64,000 nucleotides of DNA from an uncultured Nanoarchaeota archaeon (lineage in GTDB: Archaea; Nanobdellota; Nanobdellia; Pacearchaeales; GW2011-AR1): the NCBI GenBank assembly GCA_963743615.1, contig CAVUQF010000001.1:43411-107410 (forward strand), written 5' to 3'. Below the pieces are notes generated by a model that searched no databases, was not told where the DNA came from, and saw only the letters and a program-made list of their open reading frames with translations. Both the position numbers and the translations under genes were made by a program. Of this stretch, positions 7,922 to 16,839 are shown one piece after another. Positions within the stretch are counted from its first letter, which is position 1; the number at the start of each line of letters is the position of its first letter.

Positions 7922-8551
7922 ATGCAAAAAGAGAAGATTAATAGAATTAAAAGACTAGTCAAAGAGAGTTTGAAAAATGATAAAACGGGGCACAATTATA
8001 ATCATATCAAACGAGTCCTAAAAAATACAAATAAAATTGCTAAGAAACATTCAGAAGCAGATAAAGAGGTATTAACTCTAGCTTGTTTATTGCATGATAT
8101 AGCCTTTAAGAATGGATCTGTTAAAGATCATTCTTTAGTTGGTGCAAAAGAAGCGGAAAAGATACTCATAGACTTAGATTTTCCCAAAGAAAAAATAAAA
8201 AAGATAGTTCTAGCCATTGAAGATCATGATAATCATTTCTCGCATCTATTAAGGAAGAAGGAAGAATTACAAATAGAATCTAGAATTTTAAGAGATGCAG
8301 ATAATATAGATGCTTTGGGTAGAATCGGTTTACATAGGATGATTGCTTTTTCTAAAAGTCAGGGATTTCCCAAATTCTCGGAAGAAGAGGGAATAAATAA
8401 AAGTCTATATGGAAATCTTAAATTCCTCCTTACTTGGCCAGACGAAATGCTTACTCTAGAAGGTAAGACTATCGGAGAGAAGAGTCTTGATCCAATAAAA
8501 AATTATATACAAAAGCTGAAAAAGGGGTACAAAAGGAAGCAAGATGGATAA
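7922..8551 (+). CDS. HD-domain metal-dependent phosphohydrolase
   Basis: GHNYNHIKRV, ACLLHDI, DHSLVGA, RDADNIDALG. Confidence 0.9.
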   Translation: MQKEKINRIKRLVKESLKNDKTGHNYNHIKRVLKNTNKIAKKHSEADKEVLTLACLLHDIAFKNGSVKDHSLVGAKEAEKILIDLDFPKEKIKKIVLAIEDHDNHFSHLLRKKEELQIESRILRDADNIDALGRIGLHRMIAFSKSQGFPKFSEEEGINKSLYGNLKFLLTWPDEMLTLEGKTIGEKSLDPIKNYIQKLKKGYKRKQDG

Positions 8552-9371
8552 ACAAGAATTTCTAAAAAAACTTGAAACAGAACTCAAAATCTCCAAGAAC
8601 TCAGCATACACAATTCGTAACTATCTAAACGCAAACAACGAACTTCTCAATTACTCGCACAAGAATCCAGATGAAGTAGATGAAGATGATGTAAAACTAT
8701 TCATGGCCGAGAACTTCTCAGACAGTGCCTCTTCTTCTGTTATTGTATTCTTGTCTGCGTTAAGATATGCATATTCAAACATCCTCAAGAAAGATATAAC
8801 ACTCGGAATCAGAAGACCAAAAAGAGAAAAAAGAATCCCTGCAGTTTTAACAAAAGATGAAGTGAAACGATTATTTAATGCATTACCAAACAAAAAAAGT
8901 AAATTGATGATAAGTCTAATCTATGCCTGCGGGTTTAGAGTTTCCGAAATTCTTAATCTTAAATTGAACGACTTAAACTTTGAGGAGATGATCTGCCAAG
9001 TTAGACAAGCCAAAGGAAAAAAAGACAGGGTTGTGAATGTTCCTCAGTTTTTATTAAAAGATTTGAGGAAACAAGTAACTACCCAACAAGAACTCAAACA
9101 AGATTATCTCTTCACAGGACCAAAGGGAAAATTGAGTGATAGGAATATTCAGAAGATAGTAAGAACCGCAACGAGAAAAGCAGGAATAAAAAAAGGAGTC
9201 CATCCACACACATTAAGGCACAGCTTTGCTACTCACTTATTGGAGAATGGAGTAGATATAAGAAAAATCCAGGAGCTTTTAGGCCATGCAGACTTGTCAA
9301 CAACTCAAATTTACACGCATATATCAAGGGAAGAATTAAAAAAGATTCAGTCGCCCATAGACAGTCTCTAA
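8544..9371 (+). CDS. xerA: XerA/XerD-type tyrosine recombinase
   Basis: Catalytic R (GFRVSE), K (KGKKDR), HxxR (HTLRH), LGH and Y (TQIYTH) all intact. Confidence 0.9.
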   Translation: MDKQEFLKKLETELKISKNSAYTIRNYLNANNELLNYSHKNPDEVDEDDVKLFMAENFSDSASSSVIVFLSALRYAYSNILKKDITLGIRRPKREKRIPAVLTKDEVKRLFNALPNKKSKLMISLIYACGFRVSEILNLKLNDLNFEEMICQVRQAKGKKDRVVNVPQFLLKDLRKQVTTQQELKQDYLFTGPKGKLSDRNIQKIVRTATRKAGIKKGVHPHTLRHSFATHLLENGVDIRKIQELLGHADLSTTQIYTHISREELKKIQSPIDSL

Positions 9372-9372
9372 A

Positions 9373-10161
9373 ATGAAGCCAAAAGTCCTTGTAGCTGCTC
9401 CGGTATATGAAGGTGCCAGGAAGGTCATCCATGAGTTCATCACAGCATGCAAGAATCTTGATTATGAAAATTTTGATATATTGCTTGTTGACAATTCCAA
9501 AGAAGATGATTTTTATGATTATTTGAAATCAAAGGAATGGGATAAGATATCCATAATAAGGGATGACAGCAATGAAGAATTTTCCATGACTCGCCTTGTC
9601 CATAGTAGGAACCTCATAATAAAAGAGGCGAGGGAAGGAGAATATGATTACCTGCTGATGCTTGATTCAGATGTAATTGTTCCCCCAGACATAATAAATA
9701 GATTGATCAAGGACGAAAAGGATATCGTTGGAGGTGTTTATTATAATTTCTTCAATATTCAGGGAACGATGAAGTGGATGCCTGTTGCGTTCAAATTCCT
9801 GACAATGAGGGAAAAGGAAGAAATGAAAAATCTCGGATTTAAATTAGATATTGATTCAAAAATAACAAGATGGATTTCCGAAGAAGAGATCAAATCTGGG
9901 GACTTGCTTGAAATAGATTTTGCGCAAAGTGGATGTCTCATGCTAAGCCGGAAAGCATTCGGCTCGTTAGATTACGGAAAAAGCGGAGATTATCTTGATT
10001 CTTCAAAGAGCAAAATAATAATAGACGAATGCTCTGTAATTATGAACAATGCAAGAGATAAAGGATTCAAGAGTTATCTAGATACGAAATTGATATGCAG
10101 GCATGAAATCGAATACAAAGGAGGGCAGTCCTGGGAAAACAAAGATTACAAATTTCAATAA
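9373..10161 (+). CDS. Glycosyltransferase family 2
   Basis: VLVAAPVY, LVDNS, LMLDSD DxD motif. Confidence 0.8.
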   Translation: MKPKVLVAAPVYEGARKVIHEFITACKNLDYENFDILLVDNSKEDDFYDYLKSKEWDKISIIRDDSNEEFSMTRLVHSRNLIIKEAREGEYDYLLMLDSDVIVPPDIINRLIKDEKDIVGGVYYNFFNIQGTMKWMPVAFKFLTMREKEEMKNLGFKLDIDSKITRWISEEEIKSGDLLEIDFAQSGCLMLSRKAFGSLDYGKSGDYLDSSKSKIIIDECSVIMNNARDKGFKSYLDTKLICRHEIEYKGGQSWENKDYKFQ

Positions 10162-10162
10162 A

Positions 10163-10354
10163 ATGGTAAAAGAAAAAAGGTATTTTGAATGGGCTATTAG
10201 TTTTTGGATTGGGGTTGGTTTGATGAGCATAATAACTGTTTGGAAGATTATTCAAGGTCGTAATCCAATTTTATACTCGTGGATTATGTTTGGAATTTCA
10301 ATAATTATGATAATTATCTCTATAATCCTTCTCCAGCCATTAACACCAATTTAG
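10163..10354 (+). CDS. Small membrane protein
   Basis: MVKEKRYFEWAISFWIGVGLMSII...; two hydrophobic segments; ATG 1 nt after the GT2 stop. Confidence 0.6.
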   Translation: MVKEKRYFEWAISFWIGVGLMSIITVWKIIQGRNPILYSWIMFGISIIMIIISIILLQPLTPI

Positions 10355-10393
10355 AAAGGGGGCATACACAAGAGTTCTCTGGAATTAAATCTT

Positions 10394-10765
10394 TTACATT
10401 CTTTTCTCTTCATTCATTTTTGCTTGTGCTTTTAGAATCTGCTTTATCTCAGATGTTGGCACTTTTTGGTCGAACTTGATTTGTATAATCTTTTTCCCGG
10501 TTACATATCCTTTCTTTTCAAGTATTTCGCGGTCTTTGCTTTGAAGTCCTGTAAGACCCAAGCCAAAGCTAACATGATCTTTGAATGTGGCAAATCCAAC
10601 AAGGGCACCGCAATACCAATAGAATGGCACACCCCAACTTATCTTTTCTTCCACTTTAGGGACAGTCTCTTTTATTATTTTTCTGAGCTCTTCAAGATGC
10701 GGATGGGCTTCTTTGTTTGAACTAGCAATGTAAGAACTAACATCTTTTGCGCTATAGTTTTTCAT
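10394..10765 (-). CDS. DUF1801/YdhG-like protein
   Basis: DVSSYI...LEELRKII...EEKISWGVPFY...FKDHVSF pattern. Confidence 0.85.
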   Translation of the reverse strand: MKNYSAKDVSSYIASSNKEAHPHLEELRKIIKETVPKVEEKISWGVPFYWYCGALVGFATFKDHVSFGLGLTGLQSKDREILEKKGYVTGKKIIQIKFDQKVPTSEIKQILKAQAKMNEEKRM

Positions 10766-10879
10766 TCCTTAAAACAGAAAGGAATCTTGCGAGTCCTTCC
10801 ATCTCTTTTGTGGTAAAATCTTTTTATATATTTTTCCCATAATTGCAAACAAGTTTGTATAGTCCATTATATAGAAAAA

Positions 10880-10922
10880 GAAGAATTAAAAAAGATTCAG
10901 TTCTAATATTGATAGCTTATGA
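10880..10922 (+). repeat. Degenerate second copy of the xerA 3' end
   Basis: GAAGAATTAAAAAAGATTCAGT identical at 9330-9351 and 10880-10901, continuing as S-N-I-D-S-L-stop versus xerA S-P-I-D-S-L-stop. Confidence 0.8.
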
Positions 10923-11068
10923 AAATAAAAAGTCCTATCGTTGTAGTATTATCTCTCCTAGCAATCGCTTGCATCATTCTGACTTTTACTGCAAGCTGGA
11001 TTTTTCTTATACTTGCAGTTGTTATTATGTTGATTAATCAAAGGCTGCTAATGAAAAAGAAAAAGTGA
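10919..11068 (+). CDS. Small membrane protein (49 aa)
   Basis: MKIKSPIVVVLSLLAIACIILTFTASWIFLILAVVIMLINQRLLMKKKK*; not in the ORF track. Confidence 0.6.
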   Translation: MKIKSPIVVVLSLLAIACIILTFTASWIFLILAVVIMLINQRLLMKKKK

Positions 11069-11072
11069 AATT

Positions 11073-11393
11073 TTAGGGTTCTACAATTCCATATATTTGG
11101 TTGTAAATTGATTCTGCTTTTTTTGTTGGAGTAATAGATCCTTTAGTATCTTCAAAAAGATATCCTCTTTGCTGTAATCTCTCTACGTCTTCTATTACCT
11201 CATGACTTACTATTCTACCTTCTTTTGTTCTAGAAAAAAACCAGGACATATCATTATACAATCTATCAACTAAATCTTGTTCTGTGACTATTTTTGTTTT
11301 GCTAATATTCCGTAAGTCTATTAATGCTTCCAAAACATGAAATTGCCTTTCAGCTATTCCACAATCTCCTGGTGCTATTTTATACTCTATCAT
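11073..11393 (-). CDS. Hypothetical protein (possible wHTH)
   Basis: EDVERLQQRGYL...GSITPTKKA resembles a wHTH wing; TTTAAA upstream. Confidence 0.5.
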   Translation of the reverse strand: MIEYKIAPGDCGIAERQFHVLEALIDLRNISKTKIVTEQDLVDRLYNDMSWFFSRTKEGRIVSHEVIEDVERLQQRGYLFEDTKGSITPTKKAESIYNQIYGIVEP

Positions 11394-11504
11394 TTTTTTA
11401 ATGGTCGAGTATAGTTTAAAAAATTTTATATGGTCTGAAGACTAATCGCTTAATCTAGTAAATTAAAAAGCAACTTATTTAAACAATTTCAGTTAAATAA
11501 GAAT

Positions 11505-12125
11505 ATGAAGAGGTTCAGAGCAATTATTTTTGATTTAGGAGGAGTTTTGTCGATAGGGGAAAAAGAAGAGTTCGCAGTTGGTGTGCATGAGTTTGTATCT
11601 AAGACATTAAGGCTTTCGCTTGACCAGTATCTTGACTCAATAGATACGGCTTATGCTGACGGAATCTCTGGAAAAATTTCAGGATCTGAGGCGTTAAAGG
11701 AGATGGGCACTAACTTAGAGATAAGTCCGGAAAGATTGAAAAAGATTTACATCAAAGCTTACAAAAAAAATTTCAGGATAGACAAAAAGCTTTACAAATT
11801 TGCTTTGAAGTTAAAAAAGGCAGGATATAAAATCGGGATAATTTCGGACATCTGGCAGATTGCAAAAGAAGCTTTGTTGGATAATAAATATTATAAGAAA
11901 TTTGATAGCATCACTGCCTCTTGCGATGTTGGGTCAAGAAAAACAAATTCAGAAATCTTCAAAGTTTCTCTGAAAAAATTAAATGTAAAGGCGAAAGATG
12001 CTCTCTTCACAGACAATCAAACTTGGAATTTGACTGCACCAAGAAAACTTGGAATCACTTCTATTTTATATAAAAATAGGAAACATTTTATTGCCGAGTT
12101 GAAGAAATTAGGAGTTACCATATAA
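11505..12125 (+). CDS. HAD-family phosphatase
   Basis: IIFDLGGV motif I, GIISD, RK...IF, FTDN...N...G. Confidence 0.88.
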   Translation: MKRFRAIIFDLGGVLSIGEKEEFAVGVHEFVSKTLRLSLDQYLDSIDTAYADGISGKISGSEALKEMGTNLEISPERLKKIYIKAYKKNFRIDKKLYKFALKLKKAGYKIGIISDIWQIAKEALLDNKYYKKFDSITASCDVGSRKTNSEIFKVSLKKLNVKAKDALFTDNQTWNLTAPRKLGITSILYKNRKHFIAELKKLGVTI

Positions 12126-12126
12126 G

Positions 12127-12651
12127 ATGGAAGAAAAATGCATTAAATGCGGAAGCCCCTCAAAGAAAAAGAAATTTGATGTCCCCCTTTGCGATATTTG
12201 CTATTATTTCTCTCCCAATAAAGAAGAAGACTTCAAAGAGTATATTGGAGAAAAGATTGATGGAAAGATATTGGATACTTTCAGGAAATATACAGGGGGC
12301 ATTGGGCAAAGGCAGAAAAAAGGGATGATCAAGAAAGCGTCTCAGGGGGAATTAATGTCCAGGATACCTTTTGGTTATAAAATTGAGGAAGGAAAATTAG
12401 CTCCAGGCATAAATCACAAAGAAGTAGAAGAAATTTTTGAAGAATTTTTAAGAGATGATATCAGCTTGAACCAGCTTGCAAAAAAACACAATCTTTCAGT
12501 CAATGGTCTGAAAAAAATTCTGAGAAATTTTACCTACATCGGAAAAATAAAATTCAACAATCAAATATATGAAGGTTCTCACACGCCGCTAATCTCCTCA
12601 ACTTTGTTTAATCACGTTCAGAATAAACTAGAACAGCTAAAAATTAAATAA
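12127..12651 (+). CDS. Zn-finger + large-serine-recombinase DNA-binding ('Recombinase') domain protein, no catalytic domain
   Basis: N-terminal CxxC...CxxC; PFGYK...EIFEEF...SLNQLAK...LKKILRNFTYIG...GSHTPLIS..LFNHVQ. Confidence 0.75.
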   Translation: MEEKCIKCGSPSKKKKFDVPLCDICYYFSPNKEEDFKEYIGEKIDGKILDTFRKYTGGIGQRQKKGMIKKASQGELMSRIPFGYKIEEGKLAPGINHKEVEEIFEEFLRDDISLNQLAKKHNLSVNGLKKILRNFTYIGKIKFNNQIYEGSHTPLISSTLFNHVQNKLEQLKIK

Positions 12652-13062
12652 TTATCTCTTGGATGCCTGTCTCTTTGCTCTGGCCTTACTATCCCCTGGT
12701 TTCCTGGCCTCTTTTCTCCTAACATCTGCTATAAGAAGATTTCTATCATAATTCTCTAAAGTTTCTGTTAACTCCTTTGAGTTTTCGAATTCGGAAATTG
12801 ATCTTGCCAAAGCAAGTCTTGCAGCTTCAATCTGCCCCTTTTCTCCGCCGCCCTTGGTTTCAATAGAAGCATCAAAATTAATTTTGCCCAAAACTTCCTG
12901 TGTTATTCTTAATGGTTCCTCAATTCTTAATTTGTCAAAAAACTGTAATGTCTTATAGTTCTTGTTGTTTATCCTAATCTCCCCTGAACCTTCCTTAATC
13001 GTAGCTCTTGCGATTGCAGATTTTCTTTTTCCTGAGGTAATTATTCTTTTTGCTTCGCTCAT
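12652..13062 (-). CDS. rps9: 30S ribosomal protein S9 (uS9)
   Basis: SGKRKSAIARA, GGGEKGQIEAARLALAR, ARAKRQAS. Confidence 0.97.
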   Translation of the reverse strand: MSEAKRIITSGKRKSAIARATIKEGSGEIRINNKNYKTLQFFDKLRIEEPLRITQEVLGKINFDASIETKGGGEKGQIEAARLALARSISEFENSKELTETLENYDRNLLIADVRRKEARKPGDSKARAKRQASKR

Positions 13063-13451
13063 TTGAAAATGTCTCCAACTTCATATGATTTCTTTATTTG
13101 TCTTTTTTCCATTGTTTCTTTTTTTGAGTTTTCGAATTCTTTAGGTACTCCAACATAACATCTTATTCTTTTGTATGCAATTCTTCCTCTTCCATTTCTG
13201 TAATTTGGAAGCATCCCTCTGATTGTTACTTTGACAATTCTGTCGATGCTTCTGGAGTATTTTGGACCCTTTTGAGTACTCCCAACCCATCTTCTCTTTC
13301 CTTTGTACTCTTCAAGAATATCTTTTTTATTTCCTGTTATGATTACTTTCTCGCAATTTAATACTTTTACCTCTTCTCCTTTCAGTGCATTTTTGGCAGC
13401 ATAGCTAGCCAATCTTCCGAGAGTTGCGCCTGCTCCATCAATTATTTTCAT
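13059..13451 (-). CDS. rpl13: 50S ribosomal protein L13 (uL13)
   Basis: IIDG...LGRLASYAAK...TIRGMLP. Confidence 0.97.
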   Translation of the reverse strand: MKIIDGAGATLGRLASYAAKNALKGEEVKVLNCEKVIITGNKKDILEEYKGKRRWVGSTQKGPKYSRSIDRIVKVTIRGMLPNYRNGRGRIAYKRIRCYVGVPKEFENSKKETMEKRQIKKSYEVGDIFK

Positions 13452-13816
13452 TCTAATATTTTAACCCCCTTTGCTTCTGGATTCATTTTAATCTCTTCAA
13501 GTATTGTTGAAAGTTTGCTGCCTGATTTTAATATCTTTTCTTTTGCGCTTTCAGAAAAATCCAATGCTACTACTTTTATTTTTTTATCTAGCTCTCCCAT
13601 AGAAAGAACTTTTCCCGGAACAACTACTACCTCTTCACTTTTTGATCCTTTGTTTATCTCTTCTAGGTTCTTTTCAACCTTATTTTTTCTTGGAGAAGCC
13701 AGAATCTCAGAAACTCTAAACCATTTATCATTTTTCTTTGCAGTCATGATAGTCTCAACTAATTCTGGATTTCTTTTTCTTTTTGATTGTGTGCTTATCT
13801 TGGTTTTTGATTTCAT
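13448..13816 (-). CDS. rpl18e: 50S ribosomal protein L18e
   Basis: VVVVPGKVLSMG...FSESAKEKI; canonical position before L13. Confidence 0.95.
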   Translation of the reverse strand: MKSKTKISTQSKRKRNPELVETIMTAKKNDKWFRVSEILASPRKNKVEKNLEEINKGSKSEEVVVVPGKVLSMGELDKKIKVVALDFSESAKEKILKSGSKLSTILEEIKMNPEAKGVKILE

Positions 13817-13873
13817 TTTATTCTTAAAGCAGAAGTCTGACTCCTGCTAACGCCGAGTTTGAGACTCGCAGGT
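13817..13873 (-). promoter_or_regulatory. Structured 5' leader of the L18e-L13-S9 operon
   Basis: GC-rich ACCTGCGAGTCTCAAACTCGGCGTTAGCAGGAGTCAGACTTCTGC lying between a TTTAAATA box (~13895-13902) and the L18e ATG. Confidence 0.55.
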
Positions 13874-13961
13874 AAATATACTCTCTAAATAGGATATTTA
13901 AACATTTGTATCAGTCATGAACCATAAAATTTATAAATAACAATTGTTAAGTTCTTAGCAT

Positions 13962-14429
13962 ATGGAAAAAAAGGGATTAAAGCCTTTAGGGATTACGTTG
14001 GTGGTTCTTGCTGCTCTTGCAGTTATCATTATAGGTTTTGTCATTTTTACTCCTCACACTTCAACAGGTAAAACTATATTCACAACTTCTTCCGTTGGAA
14101 CAAGTTTCTCCAATAGTCCTTATTACCCTTATGCCTATCTTATTTCTACGCCTACCTTAAGTTCAGATGCTCAAGAGGCAATAACTGGTTTTCAGCTTAA
14201 TACTACTTCAAACTCTGATGGGAGCACTACTTATATTCTCACCGCATTAAAGCAGAGTTATTATAATCAGACTTATACAATACAACCAGGACAGCAATTA
14301 TACTTCATAGAAAGATCAATGGGCGATGATAATGTTGCAGATAATGATGATTACAATCTTGGGGATGACTTCGCAATAGTAGTTGATTCTAGCGGGAATA
14401 TTGTACAAGGTCCTCCAATGATGCACTAA
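13962..14429 (+). CDS. Membrane-anchored extracellular hypothetical protein
   Basis: Single N-terminal TM helix, then Ser/Thr/Tyr/Gln-rich domain. Confidence 0.7.
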   Translation: MEKKGLKPLGITLVVLAALAVIIIGFVIFTPHTSTGKTIFTTSSVGTSFSNSPYYPYAYLISTPTLSSDAQEAITGFQLNTTSNSDGSTTYILTALKQSYYNQTYTIQPGQQLYFIERSMGDDNVADNDDYNLGDDFAIVVDSSGNIVQGPPMMH

Positions 14430-15478
14430 TAAGAACTCAGGTTGGCTTCATCATCTACTTTCTCTGCTTCAACAAATCCTTTCTCTCGAATTACTTTCAG
14501 AACGCTCTCAACCGCCTTTTTGACATCTTTCATATCTAAAGTGAAACCTGAAGCTCCCTTATGCCCTCCTCCGCCAAGAACAGTAGAATAAATGGTAGTA
14601 TCAAACTTATTGCTCCTGAAAGATCCTCTGACTTTATTGTCTTCGACCTGAATCAAAGTAAATATTAAATCTAAATCTTTTATTCCCTGCATGCAAAGGA
14701 TTCCCAATCCAATATCTGAAGTCTTCAACTCAACTTTTTGAAAATCTTTCTTATTCACCCAGCTGTAAGCAACACTTTTTCCGTTAATCTCTTCTCTTTT
14801 CATATTTGTAAGCAAAATTCCATGCAATTTTTTTAATTCCCAGCTGTTGGTTGTAATTTTGGCGACTAGATCTTTTCGGTAATCTAGCTTGCCTTTTTCA
14901 ATCAGGACTACTGCTTTTTTGAGAGAATCTAATGAATCTTTATAGATAAAAAAAGAGGTGTCTGTGCAGATTCCCAACATTAACATTAATGCTATCTCTC
15001 TGTTGAATTTGATGTGTTCCTTTTCAAAAAATTCATAGAGGATCGAACAGCAAGAAGGAGATTCGGGACTAATATAATTTAAATTTCCATAATATGCATT
15101 GGTGACATGATGATCTATATCAATTACTTTATGCTTTTTTAGCCTCTCTATAAATTCATCTGAGAATTTGTCTAATGAGCCATAATCCAGAAAGATAATA
15201 TAATCAAATTCATCCAAATTTAATGTTTCTATATCTACCCCATATTCTACCTCTTTGCTAAATTCATAAGAGTCCAGATTTTCGGAAACACTATCCTTGC
15301 TGATCAATCTTACCTTTAGACCTTTTTTTTCTAATACATACTTCATTGCAGCACATGATCCCAAGGAATCTCCATCCGGTCCGGGATGCAGTGTTAGAAG
15401 AACTTTTTTGGATCTCTTAATCTCTCTCCAAATTTCCTTGAAAGAGTTATTCATTTTCTCATAAACTGAATTGAACAT
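14426..15478 (-). CDS. DHH-family phosphoesterase (NrnA-like)
   Basis: HPGPDGDSLGS, FLDYG, IDHH, GICTDT, GGGGHKGASG. Confidence 0.92.
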   Translation of the reverse strand: MFNSVYEKMNNSFKEIWREIKRSKKVLLTLHPGPDGDSLGSCAAMKYVLEKKGLKVRLISKDSVSENLDSYEFSKEVEYGVDIETLNLDEFDYIIFLDYGSLDKFSDEFIERLKKHKVIDIDHHVTNAYYGNLNYISPESPSCCSILYEFFEKEHIKFNREIALMLMLGICTDTSFFIYKDSLDSLKKAVVLIEKGKLDYRKDLVAKITTNSWELKKLHGILLTNMKREEINGKSVAYSWVNKKDFQKVELKTSDIGLGILCMQGIKDLDLIFTLIQVEDNKVRGSFRSNKFDTTIYSTVLGGGGHKGASGFTLDMKDVKKAVESVLKVIREKGFVEAEKVDDEANLSSY

Positions 15479-15522
15479 ATTACTCCTTTTTTTCTAAGTT
15501 TAAAAGATTTTAGTATATTAAG

Positions 15523-15606
15523 TGCAGGGAAGAGGATTCGAACCTCCGAACTCACTAAGAGACGAGATTTTGAGTCTCGTGCGTTTGACCACTTCGCTAT
15601 CCCTGC
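15523..15606 (-). tRNA. tRNA-Leu(CAA)
   Basis: GCAGGGA...TCCCTGC-A acceptor; anticodon arm CGAGA-CTCAAAA-TCTCG; long variable arm; GGTTCGAATCC. Confidence 0.95.
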
Positions 15607-15645
15607 ATAAAAAAGGATAGATTGTAACTTTTTAAAAATATAGAA

Positions 15646-16362
15646 CTAAATCTTTTTGGAAACAACTTCCAAATCTTTTTCCAATGCTGCAATGGCTCTC
15701 TTAAAGATTTCACCGACTTCCAACTGGCCAAATGATTCTACAGTTATTATTAGCTCTTCCTTTGGAATAATTTCCAATTTCTTTCCCTTTTCTTTGCATA
15801 TCTGCTCACAAACGTCTGAAACTTCTCTCCTGAGATTATCCAAGACGACAATGCTCTTCCCTTCTTTTTTTATTTCATTTGAAGGAATAGCTTCCTTGAT
15901 CTCATCGTATAAATCAGAATCCATTTTCAGTTCAACAACATGCCGGTAATACATTAATCCCGGAGAGAACTTTGAGTGGTCGCTCCCCTTTCCCGTCTTG
16001 GCGAAAGCAACTATTTGCAGTTCATTTTCCTCGCCTCCAAGAGAAGTTATTGGGATCTTGTCGTAAACAACTCCCAATGCTCCCTTTAAGTCTCCAGAAT
16101 AAACCATTCCCTCTCCTTTTACAGTTAATTTCATCTCCATTTCCGTTTTTTCATTGACAGACTTGTCCATTTTAAGGGGAATTAATCCGATTCTGTGGGC
16201 AACTGTTTCATCATATAAAGGAGAGTCATTTTTGTAGATCTCAACCTCACCAACAGCCAGTACTGGGATTTGGCTTATGTAACGTCTTATCGAATTTGCC
16301 AGACTATCGCTTATTTCTGCTTTGAATGTTATCTGATTTTCTCTCTTGTCTATTATTTCCAT
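15646..16362 (-). CDS. rpoD: RNA polymerase subunit Rpo3 (D)
   Basis: LANSIRR...IPVLAV...NDSPLYDETVAHRIGLIPL. Confidence 0.96.
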   Translation of the reverse strand: MEIIDKRENQITFKAEISDSLANSIRRYISQIPVLAVGEVEIYKNDSPLYDETVAHRIGLIPLKMDKSVNEKTEMEMKLTVKGEGMVYSGDLKGALGVVYDKIPITSLGGEENELQIVAFAKTGKGSDHSKFSPGLMYYRHVVELKMDSDLYDEIKEAIPSNEIKKEGKSIVVLDNLRREVSDVCEQICKEKGKKLEIIPKEELIITVESFGQLEVGEIFKRAIAALEKDLEVVSKKI

Positions 16363-16386
16363 TTTGATAAAAAATTGAGGGAACTT

Positions 16387-16839
16387 TTAAACTCTTCTAC
16401 CTCTTCTTCCTCCCTTGACTTTAGGTCCTCCTCTTGGGATTCTCGTAATATCTAGTATGTTCAATATTTTAAATCCGGATCTTGAAAGACTTTTTATTAT
16501 TGCATGAGCTCCTGGCCCAGGAGTAGCATTGCCCGTTTTTGCTCTTATTCTAACATAAAGCGACTTAATCCCCAAGGGCAAAATCTCTTCTGAAACTCTC
16601 TTTGCAATGAACATTGCAATTGTGGGATTTGCTTTAAGTCTGGAATGCTTTGTAACCATTCCTCCAGTGACTTTGGACAGTGTTCTGCCGGACATGTCTG
16701 TAACATGTACAATTGTATTGTTAAAGGAAGTATAGATATGAATTATTGCTTCAATTTCTTTCTTCTTCTTTTCAGCATGCTTTTCGTCTTCAATTTCCAG
16801 CTCGGGCTGCTCTTCTACAATTTCATTCTCCAATGGCAT
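16387..16839 (-). CDS. rps11: 30S ribosomal protein S11 (uS11)
   Basis: HIYTSFNNTIVHVTD, PGPGA, GGRRGRRV. Confidence 0.97.
   Translation of the reverse strand: MPLENEIVEEQPELEIEDEKHAEKKKKEIEAIIHIYTSFNNTIVHVTDMSGRTLSKVTGGMVTKHSRLKANPTIAMFIAKRVSEEILPLGIKSLYVRIRAKTGNATPGPGAHAIIKSLSRSGFKILNILDITRIPRGGPKVKGGRRGRRV

Noticed and set aside
8544..12651. Complete provirus or integron
   Set aside because: No capsid, packaging or replication genes; I could not see the IntI-specific insertion in the recombinase or regular attC hairpins
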